DNA from: Felis catus
Taxonomy: Eukaryota
Direction: 5' to 3'
Assembly: GCF_018350175.1 (NCBI RefSeq)
Contig: NC_058383.1
Span: 11,224,001 to 11,288,000 of the forward strand
Length of the DNA: 64,000 bases
The notes below the pieces were generated by a model. It was not told the origin of the DNA, ran no database searches, and worked only from the letters and a program-made list of their open reading frames with translations. Positions 26,090-38,860 of the stretch are shown piece after piece. Made by a program: the position numbers and the translations under genes. Position 1 is the stretch's first letter. Each line of letters opens with the position of its first letter.

Positions 26090-26195
26090 TGAGGACACAA
26101 GCTTCCTATCACTAAATATTCCAGCACAGTCAGATCGATTGGTTAACCAGAACTATATAGGAGGAATTCAAGCACTGATTGATGTCGAAGGTGCT
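26090..26195 (+). mobile_element. Possible L3/CR1 3' remnant
   Basis: AGCTTCCTATCACTAAATATTCCAGCACAG...GGAGGAATTCAAGCACTG resembles the CR1/L3 3' end. Confidence 0.45.
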
Positions 26196-26537
26196 CGGAA
26201 ACCCAATGCTATGATGGCTCTTAACAGAGTCGACTGTAAAATAAGTTTCTGTAAATGGATTCGTACCTTCCTGTTAAATTTCCACATGATTCCAAAGGAA
26301 GACGTAGGTTGCCTCAAAGGAATTGCCCAGTAGACTAAGTGGAAATGCTTGTGAGCAGGCCCACGACACGCCACTGAACGCATACATAAAGCACATCTAG
26401 ATGGTTCCGTCAGTTTTCTGACCTGTATGTTCCTTCTCCCACCGTGTTTCTCTTTTTCCATCATTTCTCCACGTACCTGGGTCTTGAGAAGCCGGTACTT
26501 GGGGGGACGACCTAATTCCTTGCCTAGATATCTAGAT

Positions 26538-26731
26538 CAGGGTTGGCAGACTGTGGCCCACGGGCCGAGCCAAGCCTGCTGCCTGTTTCTGTAAATAGAA
26601 AAGTGGCTGATTTGCTTGCATATTGCACGTGCTGAGTAGCAGAGCTGAGTAGTTGTGACAGATGCTGCCGTAGGGCCGTAAAGCCTAAAGAAACCATTCT
26701 GCCTTTTACAAGAAGAGTTCGCCACCCCCTG
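26538..26731 (+). mobile_element. MER58A (hAT-Charlie) DNA transposon
   Basis: Termini CAGGGTTGGCAGACT / AGTTCGCCACCCCCTG; internal GCAGAGCTGAGTAGTTGTGACAGA and AAAGCCTAAA. Confidence 0.88.
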
Positions 26732-27314
26732 GTGTGATCCAGCCCCCTGACCCCTTGGGCCTTGGCCATGAAGACTGCCCCCAGTAGTGCACAAAGAGCC
26801 TACCTGATCAGTTATGAGGCTGGTCACCTTGAGGCCACACCAGACTCGCCAGCCACAGGCAGGGAGTGACCGCAGTAGAAGGGCTGATTGAGATGGGGTC
26901 CGGGAAAGCCTGGCTGGTTGGGATCAACCTGAATGATTCGAAGAAGCCAGACAGAGAAGCATAGAGGCTTTGAGGTAGGGCGGAGCTTGGCAATTTCAGA
27001 GCCCCGAAGGAGGCTGGTGAGGCTGGAAAAAAGAGGGGTGGGAGAGGGGCGGTTGGGCAGGGGAGCGGTGGGAGGGTGGCCTCATATCGGCCGCTCAGGG
27101 CCTTAGGAACCGTGTCGCCACTCTGCTTAGGGCTGACAGTTGCCAAGGGCAGTGGGTGCGAAGTACGTCCTTCCCATTCAATTTTATGTGATCCTCACGC
27201 ATATCCGGGGGGGGGGGGGGGACCGGGGGGGGTCCCCCCCATTTTACAGCTGAGCAGACAGAGGCAAGTAAACCACTTGCCTAGGACCACACAAATTTCG
27301 AAGTGTCCAAAGCA

Positions 27315-27510
27315 GGGGCGCCTGGGTGGCTCTGTCGGTTGAGTGTCTGACTCTTGCTTTTGGCTCAAGTCACCATCTCCCTGTTTGTGAGTTCAAGCCC
27401 CGCCTTGGGCTCTGTGCCGACAGTGTGGAGCCTGCTTGGGATTCTCTCTCTGCCCCTCCCCTGATCTCTCTCTCTTCCTCAAAATAAATAAATAAACTAA
27501 AAAAAAAAAA
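27315..27510 (+). mobile_element. Can-SINE
   Basis: Degenerate TSD AAGTGTCCAAAGCA / AAGTGTCTACAGCA. Confidence 0.92.
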
Positions 27511-28234
27511 AAGTGTCTACAGCAGATTCTAAATAAAAACCAAAGAAATTCTCAAGCTCTCTAGCTTTTTATAAAGTCCAGTGGAGTATCTGTTGTTGAC
27601 TTTTTTATTTTTAGGGACGAAATACCATGCGGTGTGGCTTTAAGGATATTTGCTGATTCTTCCTAATGTCCTTGTGCTAGAATCCAATCAGCCTCCCCCC
27701 CCCGCCCCAACCACCCCAATCTGTCTCCAGGTTGGCTTGAGGATGTATGGCCTTGGCAACAGAGGGTTCCACTTGACCTGTTGAGCCTTTGGCCTTAGGT
27801 CTGACTGGGTCTCAGTGTTCGACTCGAGGGTTCCTTCGGGGCTCTCTGGGGCTCTCTGAGGCTCAGGAAGCGCTTTAGTGGCTGGGTCTATTCCCAGACT
27901 CTGACCAGCTGGTTGAAAGGTGGCAGGAGAGGGCTCAGCCTCACAGAAGGGGACGGAAAGGGTCCCCTGCGGAAGGTGGAGGCAGGAGAAGTGTCTTTCT
28001 GGCACCTGTGACCAAGGGCCAGCACCCAGGAGAGCAGTGGCCTTGGTGAGCAGGGCTCTGAGACCCTACGCTGCTGGCCAGACCTCCTCAGTCTGCAGCC
28101 TCTACAGCAAATGCCCTGCAGGCCACCGAGAGGCTCCTGGGGACAGGCTGGGGACACAGGGAGCAGCAAATGGTCCCCAGAACCCGCTTCTGAGCCAGAC
28201 AGGGGTAGAAGCAACAGAAGGGTTTTTTTTTTTC

Positions 28235-29040
28235 CCCTGTAGTTTCATTGAGGCAAATAAAGTTGTAACACCGTTAGGGTGCATGGTGATGATTTGATAC
28301 GTGTATACATTGTGACAAGATCCCCACCAATGGACTAATCCCCGAAGCCCCACCTTACATATTTACCTTCCTGTTTTTCTTTCTTTTTTCAACGTTCATT
28401 GATTTTTGAGAGAGCATGAGAGAGCATGCACGCAAGAGCCGGGGAGGTGCGGAGAGAGAGGGAGACAGAGAATCCCAAGCAGGCTCTGTGCTGTCAATAC
28501 AGAGCTGGATGCGGGGCTCGAACTCACAACACGAGGTCGTGACCTGAGCCGACATCAAGAGTCGGATGTTTAGCTGACGGAGCCACTGAAGTGCCTCTTC
28601 TTTTTGTCTTTGTCTGTCTTTTTTCCTCTTTCTCTTTCTCTTTCTCTTTATCTCTATCTCTTTCTCTTTCTATATCTCTTTCCTTTTTCTTTACCTTTTC
28701 CTTTTTCTCTTTCTCTTTATCTCTATCTCTTTCTTTTTCTCTTTCTCTTTCTAGATCTCTTTCTCCTTTTCTTTTCCTATCCCTTTCCCTTTTTCTTTTT
28801 CTTTCTACTGTGTTAACTACAGTCACCATGACATATATTAGGTCCTAAGACCTTGCTCATCCTGTACCCGAAAGTTTGTGTCTTTTGACCAGCTTCTCCC
28901 AATTTCCTCCACCTCCGACTCTTGGCAACTGGTATTCTGCTCTCTGTTTCTGTGACTTTGCCTTGAAAAAAAAAATTCCTCAGATATAAGTGATAGCAGG
29001 CTATATTTGTCTCCATCTGGCTTATTTCGCTCAGCACCGC
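28235..29040 (-). mobile_element. L1 3' UTR (L1MA-like) interrupted by a Can-SINE (about 28375-28597) and a polypyrimidine tract
   Basis: GATGATTTGATACGTGTATACATTGTG, GAAAGTTTGTGTCTTTTGACCAGC, TCTGGCTTATTTCGCTCAGCA. Confidence 0.78.
28597..28808. repeat. Complex polypyrimidine (TCT/TTTC/TCTA) low-complexity tract
   Basis: About 210 bp, almost purely C/T on the + strand. Confidence 0.9.
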
Positions 29041-29119
29041 GCCCTCAGGCTCTGCCCAGTGATTCTGGACTCCTGGCCTCCAGAACTCTGCGATTAAGAA
29101 TGACTTATTCATTTATTCA

Positions 29120-30210
29120 TTCATTTATTTATTTAATAAATACGGAGGTAAAAATCACGGAGCGTGAATTGAGCGTGTTAAAGGGTACAATGCGGTGGCA
29201 CTTTAGTCCATCACAGCGTTGTGCAAACCCCACCCCTGTCTGGTTCCAAAACGTTTTCATCATCTGAAACCTTCACATCTCACCCCCTGCTTCCCCAGCC
29301 CCCCAGGTCCCCGCCCCTGGTCGACCACAAATCCGCTATCTGTCTCTGTGGATTTACCTATTCACGACCCTTCACACAAAAGGAATCATACAGTCTGTGG
29401 CTTTTTTCTGTCTGGCTTCTTTGAGGGAGCATAATGTTTTCGAGGTTCGTCTACATTGTAGCGAATCAGTACAGTTGACCTTTGAACAAAGTTGCTTTGA
29501 ACAGCATAGGCCCACTTATATACGGATTTTTATTTTTTATTTTTTTATTTTTGGTAAATACAGCCCGGTACTATAAGTGTATTTTCTTTTTCTCATGACT
29601 TTCTTATTAAAATTTTTTTTAAATGTTTTTATTTATTTTTGAGACAGAGAGAGACAGAGCATGAGCAGGGGAGGGGCAGAGAGAGAGAGACACAGAATCC
29701 GAAGCAAGCTCCGGGCTCCGAGCTGTCGGCGCAGAGCCCGACGCGGGGCTTGAACCCACAGACTGTGAGATCATGACCTTAGCTGAAGTCTAACAGACTG
29801 AGCCACCCAGGAGCCCCCTCATGACTTTCTCAGGGCGTTTTCTTTCCTCTGGCTTACTCTCCTGTAAGTATACATATAACATACAAACTACATGTCAAGT
29901 AACTGTTTTCTGTTATTGCTAAGGCTTCCGGTTCACCGTGGGCTATTAGCAGTTAAGTTTTTGGGGAGTCAAAAGTTATATGTGGGCTTTCTGTGGGGGG
30001 GTCCATTCCCTTAAGCCCCATATTGTTTGAGGGTCAACTGTACTTTGCTCCTTTTAGTGGCTGAGTAATATTCCCTTGTACGGAGGTACCACATTTTGTT
30101 GACTCAGTCATCAGTTGATAGCCATCTAGGATGTTTCCACCTTTTGACGATTGTAAATAGTGCTGTGAACATCAGGGAATGAGCATTTATTTATCTGTTT
30201 CCAATTATTT
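29120..30210 (-). mobile_element. L1MB-like 3' UTR hosting a Tigger2a insertion
   Basis: TCTGTCTCTGTGGATTTACCTATT, GGCTGAGTAATATTCC, TTTCCACCTTTTGACGATTGTAAATAGTGCTG. Confidence 0.8.
29472..30040. mobile_element. Tigger2a-like non-autonomous Tc1/mariner element with a Can-SINE inside (about 29606-29817)
   Basis: TIRs CAGTTGACCTTTGAACAA / TTGTTTGAGGGTCAACTG flanked by TA on both sides; SINE TSD CTCATGACTTTCT. Confidence 0.9.
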
Positions 30211-30234
30211 TATTTTATCATTTTATTTAATTTT

Positions 30235-30810
30235 AATTAAAAAATTTTTTTAAATGTTTTATTTGTTTTTTGAGACCGAGAGACAGAGTGTGAGCAGGGG
30301 AGGGGCAGAGAGAAAGGGAGACACAGAATTTGAAGCAGGTCCAGGCTCCCAGCTGTCAGCACAGAGCCTGATGTGGGGCTCGAATCCCACGAACTGTGAG
30401 ATCATGACCTGAGCCGAAGTCTGACGCCTAACCGATGAGCCACCCAGGCGCCCCTTTATTTTAATTTTTTAATGTTTATTTATTTTGGGGAGAGAAAGAG
30501 ACAGAGCATGAGCAGAGGAAGGGCAGAGAGAGAGGGAGAGGCAGAATCCGAAGCAGGCTCCAGGCTCTAAGCTGTCAGCCCAGAGCCCGATGTGGGGCTT
30601 GAACTCACAAACTGTGAGAGATCGTGACCTGAGCCGAAGTCTGACGTCTAAGTGATGAGCCACCCAGGCGCCCCTATTTTATTTTGTTTTATAAGTAGGT
30701 TTCACGCCCAACACGGGGCCCAGCACGGGGCTTGAACTCATGACCCTGAGATCAAGACCTGAGCTGAGATCAAGAGTCTGATGCTTAACTGCCTGAGCCA
30801 AACAGACCCC
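30235..30810 (-). mobile_element. Three stacked Can-SINEs (about 30235-30454, 30455-30675, 30680-30810)
   Basis: Three consecutive antisense bodies. Confidence 0.92.
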
Positions 30811-31786
30811 TACCCTCCTATGTGTTTTCAGTTACAGTATCTGTTGTTATAAGTCATCAGGTTTGTGATAATTTGTTACAGCAGCAACAGCAAACTAATA
30901 CAGACACTAAACCAACCACAAAGGGTCTCCCAGGAGTGAGTCCGAGACTCGAGTGTGGGGCTGGGTCCACGGGTACTTGCTTGTTTGGAACTGTCTTCGC
31001 CGGTTCCGGCTTGCAGAGAACATCATTCCAGCTGGCCAGCCCCCAGACCCCTCCCACCCCCCCAACCCCCCCAGCAGAAAGGCTGAGCCTGAGACCCAAA
31101 GAAATAGAGAGAAAGCCGAGGCCAAGGGTGAGCTGGGGGCGGCAGGCTGCGACATGCTGAGCCCCTTCTGGCCCCCCTCATCCCTCTCTTGCCCTCCACG
31201 GGGGGGGCTTAATGGGGATCTCGTGAACTCCTCAGCTATCAGAAGGTTTTAGCCCCACGGGGCTCTCCTTTGTGGCTGAAGAGTGATCCGTGTGCCTTCT
31301 GTCGCCGCACAGGCTGTCCCCCTCCTCCCAATTAAGCCTGCCACCGACCTGCTGTTGAGCCGGCAGCATGCGACCCCTGTCCCACCAGAAGGCACGGATT
31401 ATCGACACACGGGTCAAAGACCTTGACCCTGCCACGGTTGTCGGCAAAGGCGTTGACGCTGACCCAGAGCTCGGGGCCTGACCAGAGGGCTCCCTTCTGC
31501 CTCTGCCCCAGCTTCTCTCATTAGAGCAGCCACGTCCTTCGCGGGGTGATGCGTTCAGAGCTGCCTCGCATTTATCAGCGTTATTAACCTACGTTCGATT
31601 CCAGAGCCCCACAGCCATTCGTGGCGTTTCGTCCTGAGGAACCCGTCCCCCCCACAGCGCACCGAGCATCCCGTGTCCACGCTGCGGTGTCCCCCGGCCC
31701 TTCCCGACCCTCCTTGCCCGACAGGCTTTTTCTCTCTCTGGTGCACATGACTTCACCACCCATAATGATTAAAAAAAATTTTTTCT

Positions 31787-32010
31787 GGGGGCGCCTGGGT
31801 GGCTCAGTCGGTTAAGCGGCCGACTTTGGCTCAGGTCACGATCTCACGGCTCGTGAGTTCGAGCCCCGTGTCGGGCTCTGTGCTGACAGCTCAGAGCCTG
31901 GAGCCTGTTTCAGATTCTGTGTCTCCCTCTCTCTGACCCTCCCCCGTTCATGCTCTGTCTCTCTCTGTCGCAAAAATAAATAAACGTTAAAAAAATTAAA
32001 AAAAAAATTT
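31787..32010 (+). mobile_element. SINEC_Fc
   Basis: Near-consensus; AAAAATTTTTT(T)CTGG duplicated on both sides. Confidence 0.94.
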
Positions 32011-32129
32011 TTTTTCTGGCATTTTCAAGAGTGATTTCTCCTCCCCTGCTTGGGAATCCAAGAGGCGGCCTGAAGTCAGGTGCAGGTCACAGCTTGGCCA
32101 CCGTATGACCTTGACGTGTGTTCTGATAC

Positions 32130-32590
32130 CCACTGCTGCTCGTACAAACCCGAAGAAGCCCCAAAATGTGGTGGCCTAAACTGGATCACCCCGCGTTTAG
32201 TGCCTGTCATGATTTTTCTGGGTCAGGGATTCTGGAAGCATAGTGCCTGGCCGGGCGGTTCTGGGCATGAGGGGTCTTTCCTGCTGTTTCAGGAAGGCTG
32301 GGGGCTGCGGGGGGTGGGGGGTGACAGGTGGGAGGGGCAGCATTAGTGGGATGGGGTGACTGAAGGCTGGCTGGCGATGGCTTGCCACCTGGGCACGTCT
32401 GCAGGGTCAGCTTGGGACTCTCCTCAAAGTATGGTCGCTTCAGGGCAATCAGACCGTCCACAGGGCAGCTCGGGGCTGCAGTGAAAATGTTCTGGAGAGT
32501 TAGCATCACTTCTGCCCTCCTCACGGACCGTCCAATTACTAAGGTTGCCCCAGAGTCAAAAGGCTTTGCAGCCACGTTTGAAAGCTACGG
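32130..32590 (-). mobile_element. MaLR LTR remnant (MLT1-like)
   Basis: CCCCAAAATGTGGTGGCCTAAA, TCTGGGTCAGGGATTCTGGAAG, AGCATCACTTCTGCC. Confidence 0.55.
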
Positions 32591-32769
32591 CAAAAAGGAC
32601 ACTTCCTGTCCCTGCGCCTCAGTTTCCACATCTGTGAAGCCCCTGAAGTTCCCCAGATTGGCTGGGTGTCCCTTCTTCCCACGTAAGATGGGCCACAAGA
32701 CCCTCAGGGAGCTTGGGACCCTCCACTAGCTCCAAGAGATATTCGTGACTGATCTAAATCAGCCATGGC

Positions 32770-32955
32770 AGGGCGCCTGGGTGGCTCAGTTGGTTGCACA
32801 TCTGACTTTGGCTCGTCATGATATCACGGCTCCTGAGTTCAAGCCCCACGTTGGACTTGATAGCGTGGAGCCTGCTTCAGATTCTCTGTCTCCCTCTCTG
32901 ACCTTCCCCTACTCATGCTCTCTCCCTCTCTCTCTCTCAAAAATAAACATTACAA
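32770..32955 (+). mobile_element. Can-SINE
   Basis: TSD AAATCAGCC(A/T)TGG. Confidence 0.9.
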
Positions 32956-33039
32956 GAACCAAATCAGCCTTGGTAACCCATTCTTCTTTGTCAGTGATTG
33001 CCAAAGTCCAAGACCGGGCTTTTGATATGATGTTGGCCA

Positions 33040-33410
33040 ATGTCAAAGAAAGTCTGCTGGGGCTTCCGGAAAAGTGCTTTCTTTCCTAAATAAAAGGAGA
33101 AAGCCATGTGAGGAGCGCTTGATTAGGGTCTGGCTGCCTCCTGGATCCAGCTTCTAAAAAAGCTGTGCGAGGACATGATGTTTGGCGCTGTGGCAGCCGT
33201 CTTGGAACCATGAGGCCAAAGCGGGGGAAAGACAAAAAAGCCCCAATCTGAGAGCACAGACAGAAAGATCCTGGGCCATCGATGTCGTTGGGCTCAGCGC
33301 AGTCTGATCAGCTACCTCTAGACGTCTTAAATTCTGTCTCTGTTGCTTACACATAAACCGGGGATTCTGCACCTCACAGCCAACTCTTCTTGATGGATTC
33401 AACATCCTGA
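33040..33410 (+). mobile_element. MaLR LTR fragment (MLT1J/K-like)
   Basis: AAGTCTGCTGGGGCTTCCGGAAAAG, GGACATGATGTTTGGCGCTGTGGCAGCCGTCTTGGAACCATGAGG. Confidence 0.6.
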
Positions 33411-33744
33411 ACCTTTGCACCCGAGAGTCACTCTGTCCGGACTGTTGCTCAACCTTGTCCGACCAGAAAACGCAGACTCATCTGTCCAGACCCGGCTAAA
33501 CTGTCCCCAACCCTCTTTCTCAAAGCTTCTAGAGAGGATGGTGTCTGAGCTCCTTCTAGCTCTGATGCTTGGCGGATTTATGAGTTGTGTCTGTCCAGAC
33601 ACGGCTCCTGGAGGAGAGGCGTCGGCCTCCTGTGTGTGTGATGTGGGACAAGCCCAGGGCTCTCTGGTCTTGACTGGTGCTCGGTGACAGGTGGGATGAC
33701 AACGGGGCTAGCCGTGCAGTCGGAAGTAGGTTCCCCAGTGGAGA

Positions 33745-34385
33745 CCTCTCCCCTCCACCTGCTAGCTGTGCGACATTGGGCAAAAGCACCAAACTTCTCT
33801 GTGCCTCAGTTTATCTTCATTGAAATGGGGATAATAGTGGCGATCCTCTCATAGGGTTATGACAAGGATTAAATGAAGTGAAGCATGTCAATGCTCGGCC
33901 TGGTGCTCACCTCAGTACTGATGACTCACTTCTACTGAGCTCTTGCTTACTCTGTACCTGGCACTGTTACTAAAATATGTAGCCATTTCATTACATTTAA
34001 TTTAATCTCACTTGAAGGAATAGATATATTATAGATATGTCTTATTTTTTTTCATGTTTATTTTTGAGAGAGACAGGGAGCGTGTGTGCACCCGAGTGGG
34101 AGGGGGGCAGAGAGAGAGGGGGACAGAGGATCCGTGTGGGGATCCGATGTGGGGCTCGAACTTGTGAACCTCGAGATCATGACCTGAACCGAAGCCGGAA
34201 GCTTCATTGACTGAGCCACCCAGGTGCCCCACAGATATGTCTCATTTAGTCACTGAAGCAAGTTTGGGAGGTAAATCCTAGTATTATCCCCATGTTACAG
34301 ACAAAGAAACTAAAGCACAAAGAAGTTAGGTGGCTTCACTCAGTACTAAGAAGGTTGAGTCTGGATTTGAACCCAGGCTGTGGGT
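33745..34385. mobile_element. MIR fragments (+ about 33750-33915; - about 33940-34380) with a - strand Can-SINE at about 34045-34230
   Basis: CTCTGTGCCTCAGTTT...AAATGGGGATAATAGT; CCCCATGTTACAGACAAAGAAACTAAAGCACA; SINE TSD AGATATGTCT(T/C)ATTT. Confidence 0.75.
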
Positions 34386-35814
34386 CCTGGGGGGACCTCT
34401 AGGGCACTTGACCACATCTCCATACTATGGGGAGGGTTGATCAGACCTGCTGCTACCCCCTGGGGGCAGTCACCCTTGCCTCCCAAATCATCTCGTTATT
34501 CAAGAGACAATGGTCACTGTTTCTCCCTTCCCGTGTCCCAGGTCCCACACGTGAGGGACTCTGCCCTGTCCTGGGCCCCTGGTGATGCCCAGACGCCTCT
34601 GCGCCCACTCTTCCTCTCCTTGGCCTCACAGGGGATCTTAGGGTGCTGCCCACAGCGCCTCCTCCTCCATGAAGCCCTCCATGCCCTTCCTTGGGCCTGC
34701 AGTGCCAGTCTGTTCCCTACACGACACACTGTGCTGTCCTTTCTCAAATAGCTGCCCCTCAGCACCCTGGGGCACTCCGCAGGGGCTCTGTCTCCGTCAT
34801 CCCAAAGCCACCCCCAGCACGAAGCCTGGCACACACAACGAATGTTCGTGGACAGGACCCCATCTTGTCTACCCCCCCCCCCGCATTTGATTGTAGTTTT
34901 GACGGTTTTTATCCCCCAGCAGCAAATGTAGAATTCTCCCATTCGCCTCCAGACGTTTCAGCAAAGCAGAAAAAAAAATATGCATGTATAAAAAGATAAA
35001 AGTGACCCATAAACCCACCACAGGCCCCGAGCTCCCGCTGTCGACATTCACGTTTTAAGGTGTATACTTCTGGGTGTTTCTGTCCCAAATCTCTCTCAGA
35101 TATTAACCAGATTTGAAACGCGCTATAAACTTTGTCCCGTGTAACCTGTTTTCTCGGCCATGTGTGAAGAAGAGATGTTTATACTCTTCTTGCTTTATCG
35201 TCTTTCGAGGTTGGGGCTTCCTTGTGATTTTCCCGGCTTTACTCTCTTTCCATAGAGTCTCTGCGTTCCTTGCCTTTATGCTGACACATCCTAAGACAGG
35301 TTTCCTGCTGGAAGTCGACTAGCTGACTCCCCAGCGAGGGGACCAATGTCTCTTTATCCTTCCAAATGATAAGGGAAACACTGTCTGTTGAGTCGTCTCA
35401 GCATTAATGAAAATGCAGCAAGGTTTCCTTTCCTTTCTCCTCCTTATTGCCCGGCTGGCATCTAACCAGGGCTTTAAAATGAAAAAAAAAAAAAAAACAA
35501 AAAAAAAAACATTAAATTATTCACGTTGCATATATTTTTATTCAAGGATTTGGAAATTTGCATTGTCTTAGCCCCACATCAACGAGGCTGTCTGGACTTA
35601 CCTCCAAGTTCTACTGATGTCAGGCTTTCCATTGGTTTCTCTTTCCTTCCACTTTACGTTGTTTTGTGCTCTCGACGGCCAGGATGTGTCTCCCAGTAAC
35701 TTTGCTTGGAGAGGTCTGCTTCCTGAGCCCTCAAATATCCCTTGGTGGCTCCTGAAGATGTGGCATTTTTGCATAGAGTACTAGAATAGCTACTCCAAGC
35801 TCTATTTTTATTGT

Positions 35815-35877
35815 TATTTTTTAAAGTTTATGTTTATTTATTTATTTTTGAGAGAGAGTGGGAGCAAGCAGGGGAGC

Positions 35878-35921
<44 letters not shown>

Positions 35922-36066
35922 CCTAAGCAGGCTCTGCACTGACAGCACAGAGTCTGATGCGGGGCTCGAACTCATAGACCATGAGATCATGACCCAAGCT
36001 GAAATCAAGAGTTGAATGCTTAACTGGCTGAGCCACCCAGGTGCCCCAAATTCTATTTTTTTAAAG

Positions 36067-36131
<65 letters not shown>

Positions 36132-36165
36132 TTCCTTCTTTCTTTCTCTTTCCTTCCTTCCTTCT

Positions 36166-36210
<45 letters not shown>

Positions 36211-36274
36211 TTTCTTTCTTTCTTCTTTCTTTCTTTCTTTCTTTCTCTTTCTTTCTTTCTCTTTCTTTCTTTCT

Positions 36275-36319
<45 letters not shown>

Positions 36320-36440
36320 TTTCTTCTTTCTTCTTTCTTTTTCTTTCTTAAGTAATCTCTACACCCTATGTGGGGCTTGAACTCACAACCCTGAGATCAA
36401 GAGTCGCACGCTCTACTGAGCAAACCAGCCAGGCATCCCT
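35815..36440 (-). mobile_element. Two Can-SINEs; the second has a very long (TTTC)n/(TTC)n tail (about 36069-36348)
   Basis: Antisense SINE bodies either side of a roughly 280-bp pure pyrimidine tract. Confidence 0.92.
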
Positions 36441-36867
36441 TGAGCTCTGACAAAGATAATAACAAACAAACGGGGCTCAAAGCAGGACAAAGGTCCCCAG
36501 AGGACTGTCCTGGAAACCACAGGGCTCACGTTTGCTGAGGCTCGTGTCACGATCACCTGCTGACCCTGTGGCAATGCGGTCACCCTCGGGGACCGGCTGC
36601 ACGAGCTGGGGCTGCTCGTTCCTATGTTGGTGGCCAGGGAAGGGAGATGGGGGAGCAGTAGGCTGTGACTCAGGGGAGGCCCGGGTTATTAGCACCCCCA
36701 GGGCTGGGCAGCTTGGGGTGGGGGGAGCCAAGGGGAGGGCACCGCCAGCAGGGGCTGGGCTGGGGACCACAGCTGAGCGGGAAGAGTTTGGCAGCCTCAG
36801 TCACAGCACCACGCCAGAGGCCAAAAAGGAGTCAGTAAGACTGAGGCTTTATTTAAAGTTATATTTT

Positions 36868-37305
36868 GGGGGCGCCTGGGTGGCTCGGTCGGTTGAGCGT
36901 CCGACTTCAGCTCAGGTCATGATCTCACAGTTTGTGAGTTGGAGCCCCGCGTCGGGTGCTGTGCCGCCAGCTCGGAGCCTGGAGCCTCCTTAGGATTCTG
37001 TGTCTCCCTCTCTCTCTGCCCCTCCCCTGCTGGCACTCTGTTTCTCTCTCTCTCCAAAAAAGTAAACATTAAAACAATTTTTTTTAATAAAAAAAATGAA
37101 ATTATATTTTGGGGGCGCCTGAGTGGCTCACTGGTTGAGCATCCGACTTGGGCTCAGGTCATGATCTCACGGTTTGTGAGTTCGAGCCCCACATTGGGTG
37201 TTGCTGTCAGTGGGGAGCCCGCCTCAGATCTTCTGTCCCCCTCTCTCTCCATCCCTCCTCCGCTGGAGCGCTTTCTCTCAAAAAATTAAATAAAATAATT
37301 AAAAA
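36868..37305 (+). mobile_element. Two tandem Can-SINEs (about 36868-37095, 37111-37305)
   Basis: Both heads preceded by TTATATTTTGGGGGCGCC. Confidence 0.92.
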
Positions 37306-37945
37306 GAATTATGTTTTGTTCAGTGTGGATTTTTCGTGTTCATTTGGATTTTTGAGAAACGTTGCAGTATTATTTATCTTGATCCCTGAGTGTGTTAGCT
37401 TCCTATGGCTGCTGTAACCCAACACCACAAACATGGTGACTTAGAGCAACATAACCTTGTCACCTTACGGTGCTGGAGGCCCAGGGGGTGGTGGGACCGC
37501 GCCCCCTCTAGGGGCGCCCCATCATTACAACCGACTGAGCCACCCAGGTGCCCCTCTTGTGTTTTTGAGTTCAGCCATTCTGATGGGTGTAAGGTGACAT
37601 CTCCTGATAGTTTTGATTTGCATTTCCCTGGTGACGAATGAAGTTGAGCATTTTTCATGTGTAAAAAGACTCTGTTTTAAAATAATTCTCGACAAAAAAA
37701 AATTATTCTCAGCTCCCATGGAAGTTGCAAAAATAGTAAAGAGAGCTCCTGTAGACCCCTCGCCCAGCTTCCCTAATGTTAGCATCCTATATGACCAAGG
37801 TTGAATGATCAAAACCAGAGCATTGACATTGGTAGGATCCAATGAACTAGAATACGGGTCTCGTTCAAATTTCACCGGGGTTCCCACTCATGTCTTTTCT
37901 CTGGTCCGGGATCCCACCCGTCGTTGTATGGAGCTGCCATGTCTT

Positions 37946-38171
37946 TTTTTTTTTTTAATTTTTTTTTTCAACGTTTATTTATTTTTGGGACAGAGAGAGA
38001 CAGAGCATGAACGGGCGAGGGGCAGAGAGAGAGGGAGACACAGAATCGGAAACAGGCTCCAGGCTCTGAGCCATCAGCCCAGAGCCCGACGCGGGGCTTG
38101 AACTCACAGACCGCGAGATCGTGACCTGGCTGAAGTCGGACACTTAACCGACTGCGCCACCCAGGCGCCCC
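37946..38171 (-). mobile_element. Young SINEC_Fc inserted in an L1MC-like fragment (about 37690-38190)
   Basis: 17-bp TSD TGGAGCTGCCATGTCTT at 37929-37945 and 38172-38188. Confidence 0.96.
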
Positions 38172-38658
38172 TGGAGCTGCCATGTCTTAATGAAGGTTTT
38201 GATACGGGCATATTGAATGTGGCCTTAGCAAAATGGAGCGGCGACAATGTGAAATCACTCCTTCTTGATTGCTAGGTACGAGCCACCCCTTCCTCTTTTC
38301 CACTCACAGCCCTCCCTGCCACGCTACTTTATTCCCAAATCCTACCACATTCCACACCTGCTCCTCGAATTTCATCCCATTCCTGAGCCCTCTCCATCCC
38401 CAGCCTGGAGATCGGGGTTGGCCGTAGGGTAAGACTCAGACATGGAGGGAGCTGCGTGATGGGGACATGTCTCGACTGACAAATTCTCGAGTCGTGAACG
38501 TCCGTGGGTACAAACGAAACTCCCATTAGGGCCCAGTACATCGGCCATTTCCACCACCAACTGGAGGTACAGTGGCCACGTTGGGCCTGTGCCCAGATGG
38601 ATGGGGTCCGTCTCTTAGAAAGTGCTTCCGCACTCAGAAATTCAAAGGGCTGAATGTT

Positions 38659-38824
38659 GGGGCGGCTGGGTATCTCAGTCGGTTAAGTGTCCGACTCTTG
38701 ATCTCAGTTCAGGTCATGATCTCACGGTCCGTGAGTTGGAGCCCTGAGCTGGGCTGTGGCACCGACAGTGTGGAGCCTGCTTGGGATTCTCTCTCCCTCC
38801 CCACCTCTCTCTGCCCCTCCCCCG

Positions 38825-38860
<36 letters not shown>

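Noticed and set aside
28524..28848. Charged KERE-rich and F/S/L-rich ORFs
   Set aside because: They are translations of a polypyrimidine microsatellite.
38175..38275. - strand peptide SDFTLSPLHFAKATFNMPVSKPSLRHG in ankyrin-repeat register
   Set aside because: The RHG end comes from L1/TSD sequence, the acceptor is weak and the conserved Gly is missing; not distinguishable from chance without an HMM search.
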